A DNA stretch of 64,000 nucleotides. Origin: an uncultured Bacteroidota bacterium. Lineage in GTDB: Bacteria; Bacteroidota; Ignavibacteria; Kryptoniales; JAKASW01. The notes under the pieces are model-generated. The model ran no database searches, was not told where the DNA came from, and saw only the letters and a list, made by a program, of their open reading frames with translations. A program made the translations under genes and the position numbers. Every line of letters starts with the position of its first letter. Position 1 is the stretch's first letter. This document shows, one piece after another, positions 37,871 through 46,235 of this stretch. The stretch covers positions 291,756 through 355,755 of the forward strand of contig CAVYHK010000033.1 of the NCBI GenBank assembly GCA_963768145.1, read 5' to 3'.

Positions 37871-38113
37871 CTTGGCCAGTGGTGGGCTATTTTGAACTGG
37901 GCCGAAATTTATTTGCGATCTCTGCGCCTTCTCAGCGTTTGAGCGCCTTGCGCCATCCCCACATAAAAATAACTTGACGGGACTCTGCGGTTGAATCTAA
38001 CCGCTGCCGCCTTGCGGCATCCCGCATTCCCGTATCGGATAATTGAGCGGGAGAGACGCATTGGACGCAAAGAAAATATTCGCGACTAAAATAGCCCACT
38101 ACCACTTGGCCAG
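37871..38113. repeat. ~240-nt imperfect long hairpin / inverted-repeat element with internal ~66-nt duplication (possible structured ncRNA or MITE-like element)
   Basis: The outer arm CTTGGCCAGTGGTGGGCTATTTT (37871-37893) pairs with AAAATAGCCCACTACCACTTGGCCAG (38088-38113): 12 bp perfect plus a flank with a 3-nt bulge. Weaker complementarity continues inward (CGAAATTTATTTGCG..TCTCT vs AGAGACGC..CGCAAAGAAAATATTCG). Internal direct repeat GCCTTGCG(C/G)CATCCC lies at about 37945 and about 38010. Local hairpins are GCGGTT-gaatct-AACCGC and TGCCGC-ctt-GCGGCA. Confidence 0.6.
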
Positions 38114-38268
38114 ATTGTTGGAGTAATAATCGCATCGTCATTATGTTGGGGGGACGTTGGAGTCCTTTTCAACTAATAAAAGGTGCTGCCGGGTGATTCT
38201 CAAACCGAGTTGGAACACGCGGCAAGAAATCGTTAGAGAATTACACTCTAACACATCAGGGAGTAAGT

Positions 38269-40299
38269 ATGAAACGTAACGTTTTGACTCAACGGATCGT
38301 TTGCCTCGTTTTGATTCTTCAATTGTCATTGTTAACCGGACTTCTTTTCTTGTCTTGTTCCTCCGGCTCCTTCGTGAACCTTGGTTCCCTCAAGACGGAA
38401 CTCAACCTAAAAGAATTCCCGGAACAAAAGGACTATCCCGATGCCGACGCCCTGGTGCTCTATGAACTCCACAACGTAAAAGTTTATGTCGACGGGAACT
38501 ACGATGTGCGGACTATCGAATCCATAACGAGGGTTACCAAGCTCTTCAAGAATATCGAGGATTACGCTTCCATCGAGATCAATACATCTTCCGGGGATAA
38601 ACTAACAAGATTATCTGCCAGGACCATTAAACCCGACGGCACAGTGCTCGAATTGAAAAGCGAAGACTTCCACACGATTTCTGGAGGTGGCGACAATTAC
38701 GTGTTTTACTCGGACAGACAGACCACCAAATTCACTTTCCCTGCAATAGAAAAGAATTGCATCGTGGAATATCATTACGATATCGATGAAGCATATCCCT
38801 TCGTTCAAGACGAGTGGAGGATACAGAGTAACATACCAAAGTTGAAGAACCTCTACAGGCTGACCGCACCTGTTCTGCTGCTTGAGCCGGAATCGAAAGG
38901 AGGAGCGGGGTGGGCATGGCGTTACACATGGTACAACTGTGATCTCGGAGAGCCGGTCGTTCAACAGCCTTTAACTGCTTCCACTGCAAGGCTGGATCAG
39001 ATAGTAACCTTCGAGTGGTCCAAGACAAACGTACCCCCTTTCAAGCCTGATCCGATGATGCCTTCTTACGATAATTACTTGCAGTACGTGAAATTTGCTC
39101 GTTCAGAATGGAAGACGTGGACCGACCTCTCAAAGTGGTACTACGAGAATCATTTCAAGCCAAAGCTCGTCATAACCGACGAGATTACTACAAAAGCGAA
39201 GGGGCTAACGGACAGATGTACCTCCGATAAGGAAAAGATCGAGAAGATCTATCGCTTTGTCCAGAAATTGCGTTATGTAGAAATAAGCCTCGGAGATGGC
39301 GGATATACTCCTTCCGAACCACAAAAAGTTCTCGACCGGCAATATGGAGACTGCAAAGACAAATCGATCCTTCTCATCAGCCTCCTGCAGAGTCTCGGCA
39401 TCAGAGCCAAGCCAGTCCTCGTCCTGACAAGTGACGAGGGAATTATTCATCCACAATTCACCTCATGGAATTTCAATCACATGATTGTTAAGGCGACGAC
39501 GCGCGAGGGCGCAAGCTACTGGATAGATCCAACAGTCGAATATGCTCCGCTCGGCGAGATCCCATACACCGATGAAGGTGTCAACGCACTGGTTTTGAAT
39601 GAAGATAATACCTCCCAAATGGAGACCCTTCCTGCCAGCAGCTACATGCAAAACGTGGAGGACATCAACATGGTGGTAAATATCCCATCGGGAAGCGAAG
39701 CGGATTTTGACATCACCATGAAGTTCAAAGGCCAATCGAACCTTTATACAAGATCGTTTTTCGAAGATAAAAGCCATGATGATATGATCAAGTTCTGCAA
39801 ATCCCTGGTTGCGGATGACTATTTGAACGCGGAGGTTGTAGACTACTCGTACAGCAATCTTGATTCCGTGGATTCAGATCTGGTATTCAATTTTAAACTT
39901 AAAGTCCCGAACGCAATCGAAAGCCAGGGGGACCTCCTGTTCCTGAACATCGATCCATTTAAGCTGAGAGGAGACTGGTCCTGGCTCGCGAGAGATAAGA
40001 GGACATACGACATAGAGTTCAATTATCCGAGAACCGTGATCAAGACCATAGCGCTGAGTATCCCGGAGAATCAATACGAAATACGAAACATCCCTCAGCA
40101 TTCATACCTGACTGGTGACGGACTCGACTATTTTAAGGATTACGAAAACAACGGGAATGGACATCTGAAAGTGACGGAGACGTTCTCGATAAGATCAAAG
40201 GATATCGAAGCCCATAGCTTTGCGAAAGTGAAGAACTTCATAGAGACAATGAGAACAAAGGCGGGTGAAAAGATTATCCTGACGGCAAAACACAACTGA
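38269..40299 (+). CDS. Transglutaminase-like protein with flanking DUF3857/DUF3858-type domains (secreted/lipoprotein)
   Basis: 676 aa. Signal peptide ...LLFLSCSSG. Transglutaminase core QYGDCKDKSILLISLLQSLGIRAKPVLV ... FNHMIV ... WIDPT (Cys-His-Asp pattern). Confidence 0.8.
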   Translation: MKRNVLTQRIVCLVLILQLSLLTGLLFLSCSSGSFVNLGSLKTELNLKEFPEQKDYPDADALVLYELHNVKVYVDGNYDVRTIESITRVTKLFKNIEDYASIEINTSSGDKLTRLSARTIKPDGTVLELKSEDFHTISGGGDNYVFYSDRQTTKFTFPAIEKNCIVEYHYDIDEAYPFVQDEWRIQSNIPKLKNLYRLTAPVLLLEPESKGGAGWAWRYTWYNCDLGEPVVQQPLTASTARLDQIVTFEWSKTNVPPFKPDPMMPSYDNYLQYVKFARSEWKTWTDLSKWYYENHFKPKLVITDEITTKAKGLTDRCTSDKEKIEKIYRFVQKLRYVEISLGDGGYTPSEPQKVLDRQYGDCKDKSILLISLLQSLGIRAKPVLVLTSDEGIIHPQFTSWNFNHMIVKATTREGASYWIDPTVEYAPLGEIPYTDEGVNALVLNEDNTSQMETLPASSYMQNVEDINMVVNIPSGSEADFDITMKFKGQSNLYTRSFFEDKSHDDMIKFCKSLVADDYLNAEVVDYSYSNLDSVDSDLVFNFKLKVPNAIESQGDLLFLNIDPFKLRGDWSWLARDKRTYDIEFNYPRTVIKTIALSIPENQYEIRNIPQHSYLTGDGLDYFKDYENNGNGHLKVTETFSIRSKDIEAHSFAKVKNFIETMRTKAGEKIILTAKHN

Positions 40300-40381
40300 A
40301 ACTATTGAATGGTTGTCGTTCCAGCATTTTATTTGGTTCTCGGACGATGCGAGTGATCTGTGTCTTGAAGTGAGAAGCTTG

Positions 40382-40414
40382 GCCCTTCCGAAGGGCAGAA
40401 ATTCCGGAATTTCT
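40382..40414. terminator. Two adjacent palindromes between convergent genes (candidate bidirectional terminator)
   Basis: GCCCTTC-c-GAAGGGC (40382-40396), then the perfect 18-bp palindrome AGAAATTCCGGAATTTCT (40397-40414), whose last base is the first base of the stop-codon triplet (40414-40416) of the minus-strand gene. Confidence 0.4.
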
Positions 40415-40872
40415 TATTCGATTTCCTCCAAAAGTATCGCCGCATCGCGCACGCAGTGGTCGCAGACCGTCTTGGATAGGTTTTTTTCTTTGAGCACTTT
40501 CTGGCCATCCTCGGTATTAAGGTCGATACCTCCCAGGAGCTCCCTGCAGAGGATCGTGCCATGAAGCTCTCTGAAGCGCTCCGCAAATGTCTGCACACCC
40601 CGGTACGTTTTTCCAACGCCCGGTCTGTCAGCAGAATCGGTCACGCCGTGCTTTGTGCCAATGACCATGAACGCTCCGGTCACCGCACCGCATACTTCCT
40701 GAAGGCGTGCCATGCCTCCACCGAACCCGGTCGCTATTTTCAGCGCTTCTTTCTCATCTATTCCGTAAAGCGGGGCATAAGTTGAGAACACCGCCTGCGA
40801 ACAATTAAATCCTTTTGAGAATTTTTCTACTGCTTGCTCCGCGGGCGGAGCTTTTTCGGTTTTGTCTGACAT
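40414..40872 (-). CDS. C_GCAxxG_C_C family protein (putative redox-active)
   Basis: 152 aa: KGFNCSQAVFSTYAPLYG, GGGMARLQEVCGAVTGAFMVIG (C-G-A-x-x-G), CRELL, TVCDHCVRDA. Confidence 0.85.
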   Translation of the reverse strand: MSDKTEKAPPAEQAVEKFSKGFNCSQAVFSTYAPLYGIDEKEALKIATGFGGGMARLQEVCGAVTGAFMVIGTKHGVTDSADRPGVGKTYRGVQTFAERFRELHGTILCRELLGGIDLNTEDGQKVLKEKNLSKTVCDHCVRDAAILLEEIE

Positions 40873-41040
40873 AGGTTAATCCTGATCCGATTTTTTAAAG
40901 CATCAGATACAATATTCTTTTAAGATTGTTTTATGAGGTACTACAAGGAACTAGAATAGAATACTAAGTTGCATTACTTAGAAATCTTCTTCTTCCGAGT
41001 TGCATACCTTTCACGCTTTTCGTCCACGGCTACCTTCGGT

Positions 41041-41919
41041 TCAGTCTCCAGATTCCCTAGGAGAGTAGCCGAGCAAAATTTTTGAATTGGGTTCCGCTTT
41101 CAATGAAACTAAAGCTGGAGATTCGGGATGCCAAGCGACACGCTGCAGATGCTTGATGCCGGGGTCGGTATAGGTATAAGGAAAGCGAATGTCATAAGTT
41201 CGATAAAGGTTACTAAAGAAAGCATCAATATGAAGAGAGCTTTTGAGCTCTGGAAACTTATTCAACACGGGTGATTCCCCTTTTGAGGATTTGACTTTAA
41301 GGAGCACCATGCCAACGGCTTCATACTTCGAGTAATCGTTGCGTACCATTACTCTACCACTAAGGGCTTCAAGTATCCTCGCATAATCCCTGACGGAAGG
41401 AAGAATGTCTCCCTTCTGATCCAAGAGGATATCGTTTGGCTTGAGTGCGTGACCAGTGCTTTCAGTGGCCTTTAGAAAGGATATAAACCCATAAACCAGT
41501 CCTGGATACATTATGTGAATATTGGCACAATCACCAATCGCTTCTTCAGTTCTGTTTACCAAATTCCGAAAAGCTTTTATAGTACCCTTAACTGAAATGG
41601 CTAAGAGCGGCCCAATTCTTTCTTTTGCAACCACTATATCGATTCGCTTGCTTTTGAGCGCGCCCAACACAACTTGTTCTTTTGAGTCCTCGGTTGTTGA
41701 ACTAAATGACAAATACCAACTGCCACTTCGGATTTCAGATTTCAGCGGGGGAGTTGGAGAAATATCTTCAGGGAGAAAACCACCTTCGATTGCAAGACGC
41801 GTTGCCAGATATTGATGCAATGGCTTTATGTGCTCACCGCTTTCTGTTGAGACTGTAGAGGTAAATGCTTTCGCCGCGTTGGCCAATGAAATATCCATTG
41901 GGAGTATCTGTTTAGTCAT
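41041..41919 (-). CDS. Putative type II restriction endonuclease (PD-(D/E)xK-like core)
   Basis: 292 aa. Its ATG overlaps the stop of the upstream methyltransferase ORF (ATGACTAA). Candidate core KRIDIVV...PLLAISVKG (D ... S-x-K). Assigned by operon context; no named family recognised. Confidence 0.55.
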   Translation of the reverse strand: MTKQILPMDISLANAAKAFTSTVSTESGEHIKPLHQYLATRLAIEGGFLPEDISPTPPLKSEIRSGSWYLSFSSTTEDSKEQVVLGALKSKRIDIVVAKERIGPLLAISVKGTIKAFRNLVNRTEEAIGDCANIHIMYPGLVYGFISFLKATESTGHALKPNDILLDQKGDILPSVRDYARILEALSGRVMVRNDYSKYEAVGMVLLKVKSSKGESPVLNKFPELKSSLHIDAFFSNLYRTYDIRFPYTYTDPGIKHLQRVAWHPESPALVSLKAEPNSKILLGYSPRESGD

Positions 41920-42379
41920 AGTTTCGCCACTTTCTTATTTCTGTTATCGAGTCACCCAATATTTGTAAATCGGAGAGTGTGAACTTACATTCACCTTTGG
42001 CAATTAGGATATTGGACGCTTCTCGGGGTTCAAGTTTAAGCATGCCTCCACCGAGTGGATGCCCCTCCAGCTCGCAACTCAGATCCACAATAGGATGGGT
42101 CCACGCCTTTTGGATTTCCGGTAATAATGCCGGTCCCTTAAGGAAAACCGCATGGACAGAATTTGTGCAAACACATCGTGCATCATTTCTTACCAACGCA
42201 GGTTTTTGTCCACTCATATAGGACAGAAAAGCATCAGGAATTCGCACATCTGGTATAGCATACCAAGGATCACGATTTCTGCATTTATACCGCTGTCGCA
42301 CATTGCGACCTTCTTGAGTATTCAAATATGACATTACTTCTGAAGTGAGTGGTTGCTTGCGATCAAGCCGTAGCAACAT
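41912..42379 (-). CDS. C-terminal part of N6-adenine DNA methyltransferase (target-recognition/C-terminal domain), in a separate frame
   Basis: 155 aa: YLNTQEGRNVRQRYKCRNRDPWYAIPDV ... GHPLGGGMLKLEPREASNILI. These patterns normally occur at the C-terminus of single-chain gamma-class adenine methyltransferases. Overlaps ORF 42363-43376 by 17 nt in another frame. Confidence 0.75.
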   Translation of the reverse strand: MLLRLDRKQPLTSEVMSYLNTQEGRNVRQRYKCRNRDPWYAIPDVRIPDAFLSYMSGQKPALVRNDARCVCTNSVHAVFLKGPALLPEIQKAWTHPIVDLSCELEGHPLGGGMLKLEPREASNILIAKGECKFTLSDLQILGDSITEIRKWRNYD

Positions 42380-43376
42380 TATTGGCTCGTCGGAACATAA
42401 TCCAACGTTTGACTGCTTCCTTGTTCACCGATTTTTCCGGTAGCTGACGTGACCTCCTGATTGTAGGGATGACAAACCGCTCTGGAATACCATAACGTGT
42501 TACATCTGAAGGTTTGAGATGAAAGAAATCGTTTGCCCCACTTACATATCCGATGCTCGTGCTTACAAACTCGCCTAACCGATGAACACCCGGCCGTGAC
42601 GCCATGGATTGGTAGATAGACAAGGCAGTATCACTAATCAAGAATTTTCTTAAACGGAATCCCGCCTCTTTCCAAGATGAGAAGGGAATTACTTTTGTGG
42701 GTTGAGCCGATAAGTTGACTGCAGTGAACTTATCACAAAGCGATAACTCGATAGAATCGGTTTGACCACCGCAGCCTTCTGCAAGTAGAAGCCACGCGCC
42801 CTCAGACAAATTTGAAAAGATATTTTCTCTGATGGCCACGATACGTAAATGTTTGAAATGTGAGCATAAGAACCGAAGAACTGGAACTGCATATGGTGCA
42901 TGACCGATTTCCGCCGGTACAACAAAGGCCATCCTGCCGCCGCGCTTAAGCAAACCGGCTGTCACCACGAGAAACGATGCCCAAGATGAAGCCAGACCTG
43001 AGAGTTGAACTCCTAATTTGCTGGCAAGCTCGTTTGCCAATAGGCGAGTTTTTCCAGCGAAGTTTTGGTATCTGATGAAAGGTGGATTCCCTGCCGCCAC
43101 ATCAAACTTATGAGCAGCCGTGGATGCCCATTCAAAGAAATCACTATGATAGACAGAAGCATTTGGAGCTTGTGCGTGCGAAAGAGAAACGCAATGGGAG
43201 TCAAGGTCAACGCCAACCGAAGGGTTGTGGAGAGCAATGAACCTTCCGGTGCCACACGCAGGGTCGAGTAGCAAATCTTTTTCGCTCCTAATTGCCCACG
43301 CGACTAACATTTCGGCAACCTCTTTCGGAGTGAAGACCCGACCGAATTGTTTTCTATCTGCAAACGATACAGTCAT
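42363..43376 (-). CDS. N6-adenine DNA methyltransferase, catalytic N-terminal part (gamma class)
   Basis: 337 aa. Motif I is LLDPACGTGRF; motif IV is AAGNPPFIRY (NPPF). Order I then IV indicates the gamma group. Confidence 0.85.
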   Translation of the reverse strand: MTVSFADRKQFGRVFTPKEVAEMLVAWAIRSEKDLLLDPACGTGRFIALHNPSVGVDLDSHCVSLSHAQAPNASVYHSDFFEWASTAAHKFDVAAGNPPFIRYQNFAGKTRLLANELASKLGVQLSGLASSWASFLVVTAGLLKRGGRMAFVVPAEIGHAPYAVPVLRFLCSHFKHLRIVAIRENIFSNLSEGAWLLLAEGCGGQTDSIELSLCDKFTAVNLSAQPTKVIPFSSWKEAGFRLRKFLISDTALSIYQSMASRPGVHRLGEFVSTSIGYVSGANDFFHLKPSDVTRYGIPERFVIPTIRRSRQLPEKSVNKEAVKRWIMFRRANNVATA

Positions 43377-43409
43377 TATATTTTCATTACTTCCGGATTC
43401 GATATTTTT

Positions 43410-43456
43410 GTTCTATTTTAACCGAAACACGGAATAAATTCAAACTGAGGAACTGT
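43410..43456 (-). promoter_or_regulatory. Sigma70-like promoter module, copy 1 (upstream of the R-M operon)
   Basis: The minus strand reads ACAGTTCCTCAGTTTGAATTTATTCCGTGTTTCGGTTAAAATAGAAC: -35 TTGAAT (43443-43438), 17-nt spacer, -10 TAAAAT (43420-43415). By hand alignment 35/41 identical to copy 2 at 46128-46176. Confidence 0.6.
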
Positions 43457-43474
43457 AATGTTAGCGGTTGTCGA

Positions 43475-44404
43475 TTACCCAGGTTCGCCGAAATATTTTA
43501 GGACTCGTAGCGCCCTCAATGTGTTCCAGCGACTTGGCTGTCCGGATTTCTCCATATCGAAATGCGTCTTCCCTGGATGTTTTGCGGGGAGTTTCCATTG
43601 CCCGGCGTCAGTCCTCTTCTTTAAAAGAACACCGATAGCATCGTCCATTCTCTTGTCGTATTTCACCCCTGCAAGCTGGAAATAATCTAGAGCTTTTAGA
43701 ATATCGTATCGCCAGCGGCCAGGATAGTACAATTTCAGAAAGTCTGGACTAATAACCTCGCCGGTTCGTTCAGAGCGGAACAATCTGTGCTTGAGGATAA
43801 ACTCTTGCGAGTCGCGTTGAGCTTTTTGCGGTTCGTTCAGTCTATAAGTGTAACCGTTTCTCTGATATTCGAGAATTCCTTCGGCTACGGAAATCGTTGT
43901 ATGCAAAGAGCTATGCACGGCTCCCTTCCTATTCGAATGACAATTGAAACCGCCGTCCTCCATCTGTTGCGACAATAGGAAGTCGACGACGGACTTCAGA
44001 TGCTTCTCTTCGACATGAAAATACGACGCGTAATTCAAGACCATCCCGTTTACACAGACATCGCTGACTTTCACTGATCTCAATGGATTTAACCCGCCGT
44101 CCGGTCCTTTTTCAGTCTCAAAAATCAGTTTGAGAGTTTCCGCGACCACCTTGTTATTTGCTGGAATACAAAGATATTTGAAATCAAGGAGAGTGTAGTG
44201 ACTCGACGTCCATTTGGAGAGATAGAAACCTCCACCCCAATGCCCGTTCCGCGCTCGACACGAAAGGAATTTCGCCCCCCATCCTTCCTTTGCGATCCTT
44301 TTCCTGAGCTGGGGCCTGTTGGTGTCCAGCAAATCTTTGTACGTCTGGTATTGAATCGAAACGTCGCCCTCAAGGAGCCATGATATGAGTTTTTCGTCTA
44401 TCAT
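43475..44404 (-). CDS. Uncharacterised alpha/alpha-toroid repeat protein (prenyltransferase / terpene-cyclase-like fold)
   Basis: 309 aa, no signal peptide. Recurrent Gly-rich turns NGHWGGGFY, GPDGGLNP, MEDGGFNCH and TDAGQWKLP resemble prenyltransferase/squalene-cyclase repeats. Its start is 1 nt from the upstream stop. Confidence 0.5.
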   Translation of the reverse strand: MIDEKLISWLLEGDVSIQYQTYKDLLDTNRPQLRKRIAKEGWGAKFLSCRARNGHWGGGFYLSKWTSSHYTLLDFKYLCIPANNKVVAETLKLIFETEKGPDGGLNPLRSVKVSDVCVNGMVLNYASYFHVEEKHLKSVVDFLLSQQMEDGGFNCHSNRKGAVHSSLHTTISVAEGILEYQRNGYTYRLNEPQKAQRDSQEFILKHRLFRSERTGEVISPDFLKLYYPGRWRYDILKALDYFQLAGVKYDKRMDDAIGVLLKKRTDAGQWKLPAKHPGKTHFDMEKSGQPSRWNTLRALRVLKYFGEPG

Positions 44405-44405
44405 T

Positions 44406-46001
44406 TTACACCACGGGTATCGTCGTGCTGTGCCGCCGTCGATACCTTCTTACAAGCCAAGTCACAATCGCAACAAGAGCGATTACACCAATGGCAACTG
44501 CACCGAGCACAACTTTTGCGATGAGCGGGAAGCCCCAGGTTACGCTGAAATTCATCGGCATGTATGAGTTCAACGACATGTTCGGTACTCCTGTGTCGTA
44601 GAAGCTCGTCAAGATGAGCCTGGTGTTTTCTGCCTTAGCATACCACATATCGTTTACATGACCGCATTCGGAAAGAATAACCTGTTTGCCGTTTTTCAAG
44701 TAGGGGAGCAAGTCATTCGCGGCAGCCTCGGCTGGCGTGGAAAAATCCACGTTTCCGCTCAAGAGCAATGTCTGCACGTCAGATTGCTGCACTTTCCGAA
44801 ATTTCTCGGGCAGCGGGGTTATCTGCCAGCCGCCATAACTTAACGGACCCCACAACAGCTTACCCATTGGAGAACCAAGTGGCAGATCGCGAGGCTCCAT
44901 ATCGGCGGAATAGTTTCGTGTGGAATCGAAATCCGCACCGACGCCTTTCGAAGCGAGATCACCCCATGTCATCAAGGAGGGCATAACATAATCATATGCA
45001 AGCGACATCAGAGCGAGTCCGCTCGGATCACCGTGTTCTGCCGCAACGTAGGCATCGAAGACCATGGCTGCAGTGCCACGATGATAGAGAAGTGCAAATG
45101 TAACCACTTTTACTTTTCCGGGATTAATCGGAATGAAGAGCCATCTGCACGGCATGTCGTTCAACACCGTCCGCATGGTACGATAAAGGTCAGGACTCCT
45201 TTTGGTCTCTACGGTATCCCGTGACCAGAGAGACACGTAGTGCCTCAATTGCTCGTCGATCTCCTGCGGCTCCCAGACAAAGTGACCGGGAGGATTAACG
45301 CCAATCATTGCCGACCGGAATATATGCTCGGGATGCTTGAGCCCGTAAAGATACGCGACGCGAGTGCCGTAGCTTTCACTCAATAGATCGATGCGGTCAT
45401 AGCCAAATGCTGTGCGGACAGATTCGTTATCTTCGATGCATTCGATCATCGAGTACCCGTCGAGATCGACACCTTGCGCTCTCAAGCGCCTTGCACCTGC
45501 ACTCCATGCACGTCCAAATTTTTTCATTGATTCTTCACTCAAAGGATCCCCGTTTCCCTTGAAGGCTTCTGTGACTTCCGGGCAGTCGAGCACAGTCGAG
45601 CCATCGACACCTCTGTATCCGACGAGGACGAAATCGTGTTCAGAAAGAAAAGCCCCCGCTTTCCCCCAATCCCAGGACATATTGCTCTGACCGGGTCCGC
45701 CCGCAAAGCTGAAGATCGGCTCGCCAGGATTTTGTGAACGAGAGTGGATGCGAAGGAACGGTATGTCAATCAAACGGGACGCCGGTTTGCTTCTGTTCTC
45801 GGGCACCGCAATCGTTCCAAAATCGGCATCGTACTTTTCAGAGCCTATCTTGAAAAGTCTGGTTTCTTCAACAAAACTACCGGCTTTAGCGCCTGCAGTT
45901 GGAGCAGGATACCGCTTGCTGCCGTTGTTACATCCGAATCCGGAAACTATAATTATTAGAAGCAGATTAAACTCAATCGTCTGTTTTATAAGACACCTCA
46001 C
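44406..46001 (-). CDS. Membrane-anchored alpha/beta hydrolase (prolyl/tripeptidyl aminopeptidase-like)
   Basis: Nucleophile elbow LLSESYGTRVAY; C-terminal TM helix VVLGAVAIGVIALVAIVTWLV. I place the start at GTG 46001 (GGAG 7 nt upstream), giving MRCLIKQTIEFNLLLIIIVSGFGC (lipoprotein signal). The ORF-track start at 46160 lies inside the promoter module. Confidence 0.75.
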   Translation of the reverse strand: MRCLIKQTIEFNLLLIIIVSGFGCNNGSKRYPAPTAGAKAGSFVEETRLFKIGSEKYDADFGTIAVPENRSKPASRLIDIPFLRIHSRSQNPGEPIFSFAGGPGQSNMSWDWGKAGAFLSEHDFVLVGYRGVDGSTVLDCPEVTEAFKGNGDPLSEESMKKFGRAWSAGARRLRAQGVDLDGYSMIECIEDNESVRTAFGYDRIDLLSESYGTRVAYLYGLKHPEHIFRSAMIGVNPPGHFVWEPQEIDEQLRHYVSLWSRDTVETKRSPDLYRTMRTVLNDMPCRWLFIPINPGKVKVVTFALLYHRGTAAMVFDAYVAAEHGDPSGLALMSLAYDYVMPSLMTWGDLASKGVGADFDSTRNYSADMEPRDLPLGSPMGKLLWGPLSYGGWQITPLPEKFRKVQQSDVQTLLLSGNVDFSTPAEAAANDLLPYLKNGKQVILSECGHVNDMWYAKAENTRLILTSFYDTGVPNMSLNSYMPMNFSVTWGFPLIAKVVLGAVAIGVIALVAIVTWLVRRYRRRHSTTIPVV

Positions 46002-46127
46002 TGACAACTCCGACGGTTCCTCTCCGCACTCAATATCTTGTAGACCTGCCCCACTTGAGTCTGAACTTCGACTATTTCGATTCCAGTTTTCCCACGCATC
46101 TTTCATTCCCTGCACACACGAGCCTCG

Positions 46128-46176
46128 ATCTATTTTAATCGAAACATGAAGCAAATTCAAACTGAGGGACTACTGT
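46128..46176 (-). promoter_or_regulatory. Sigma70-like promoter module, copy 2 (upstream of the hydrolase / toroid-protein operon)
   Basis: The minus strand reads ACAGTAGTCCCTCAGTTTGAATTTGCTTCATGTTTCGATTAAAATAGAT: -35 TTGAAT (46160-46155), 17-nt spacer, -10 TAAAAT (46137-46132). Confidence 0.6.
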
Positions 46177-46235
46177 GCAGGGTAACGAAACGATTTGGTC
46201 AAAAACGCCCAAAGGGACTGGATTTACCAGACACT

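Noticed and set aside
37611-38268. tRNA, tmRNA, RNase P RNA or SRP RNA in the large gene-free gap
   Set aside because: I found none of the conserved cores (T-loop GGTTCGAATCC-type, tmRNA tag/acceptor ends, RNase P GAGGAAAGTCC, SRP GGAAG-type loop). The element is reported instead as an unclassified hairpin.
43410-43474. Integron attC-like recombination site between cassette-like gene blocks
   Set aside because: The candidate R'' (TTTTAAC) and R' (GTTAGCG, GTTGTCG) cores do not fit RYYYAAC / GTTRRRY, and there is no integrase gene in the window. The sigma70 promoter reading fits better.
46002-46160. N-terminal extension of the alpha/beta hydrolase ORF
   Set aside because: The ORF-track start (TTG at 46160) lies inside the -35 box of the promoter module, and the extension precedes the lipoprotein-type signal peptide.
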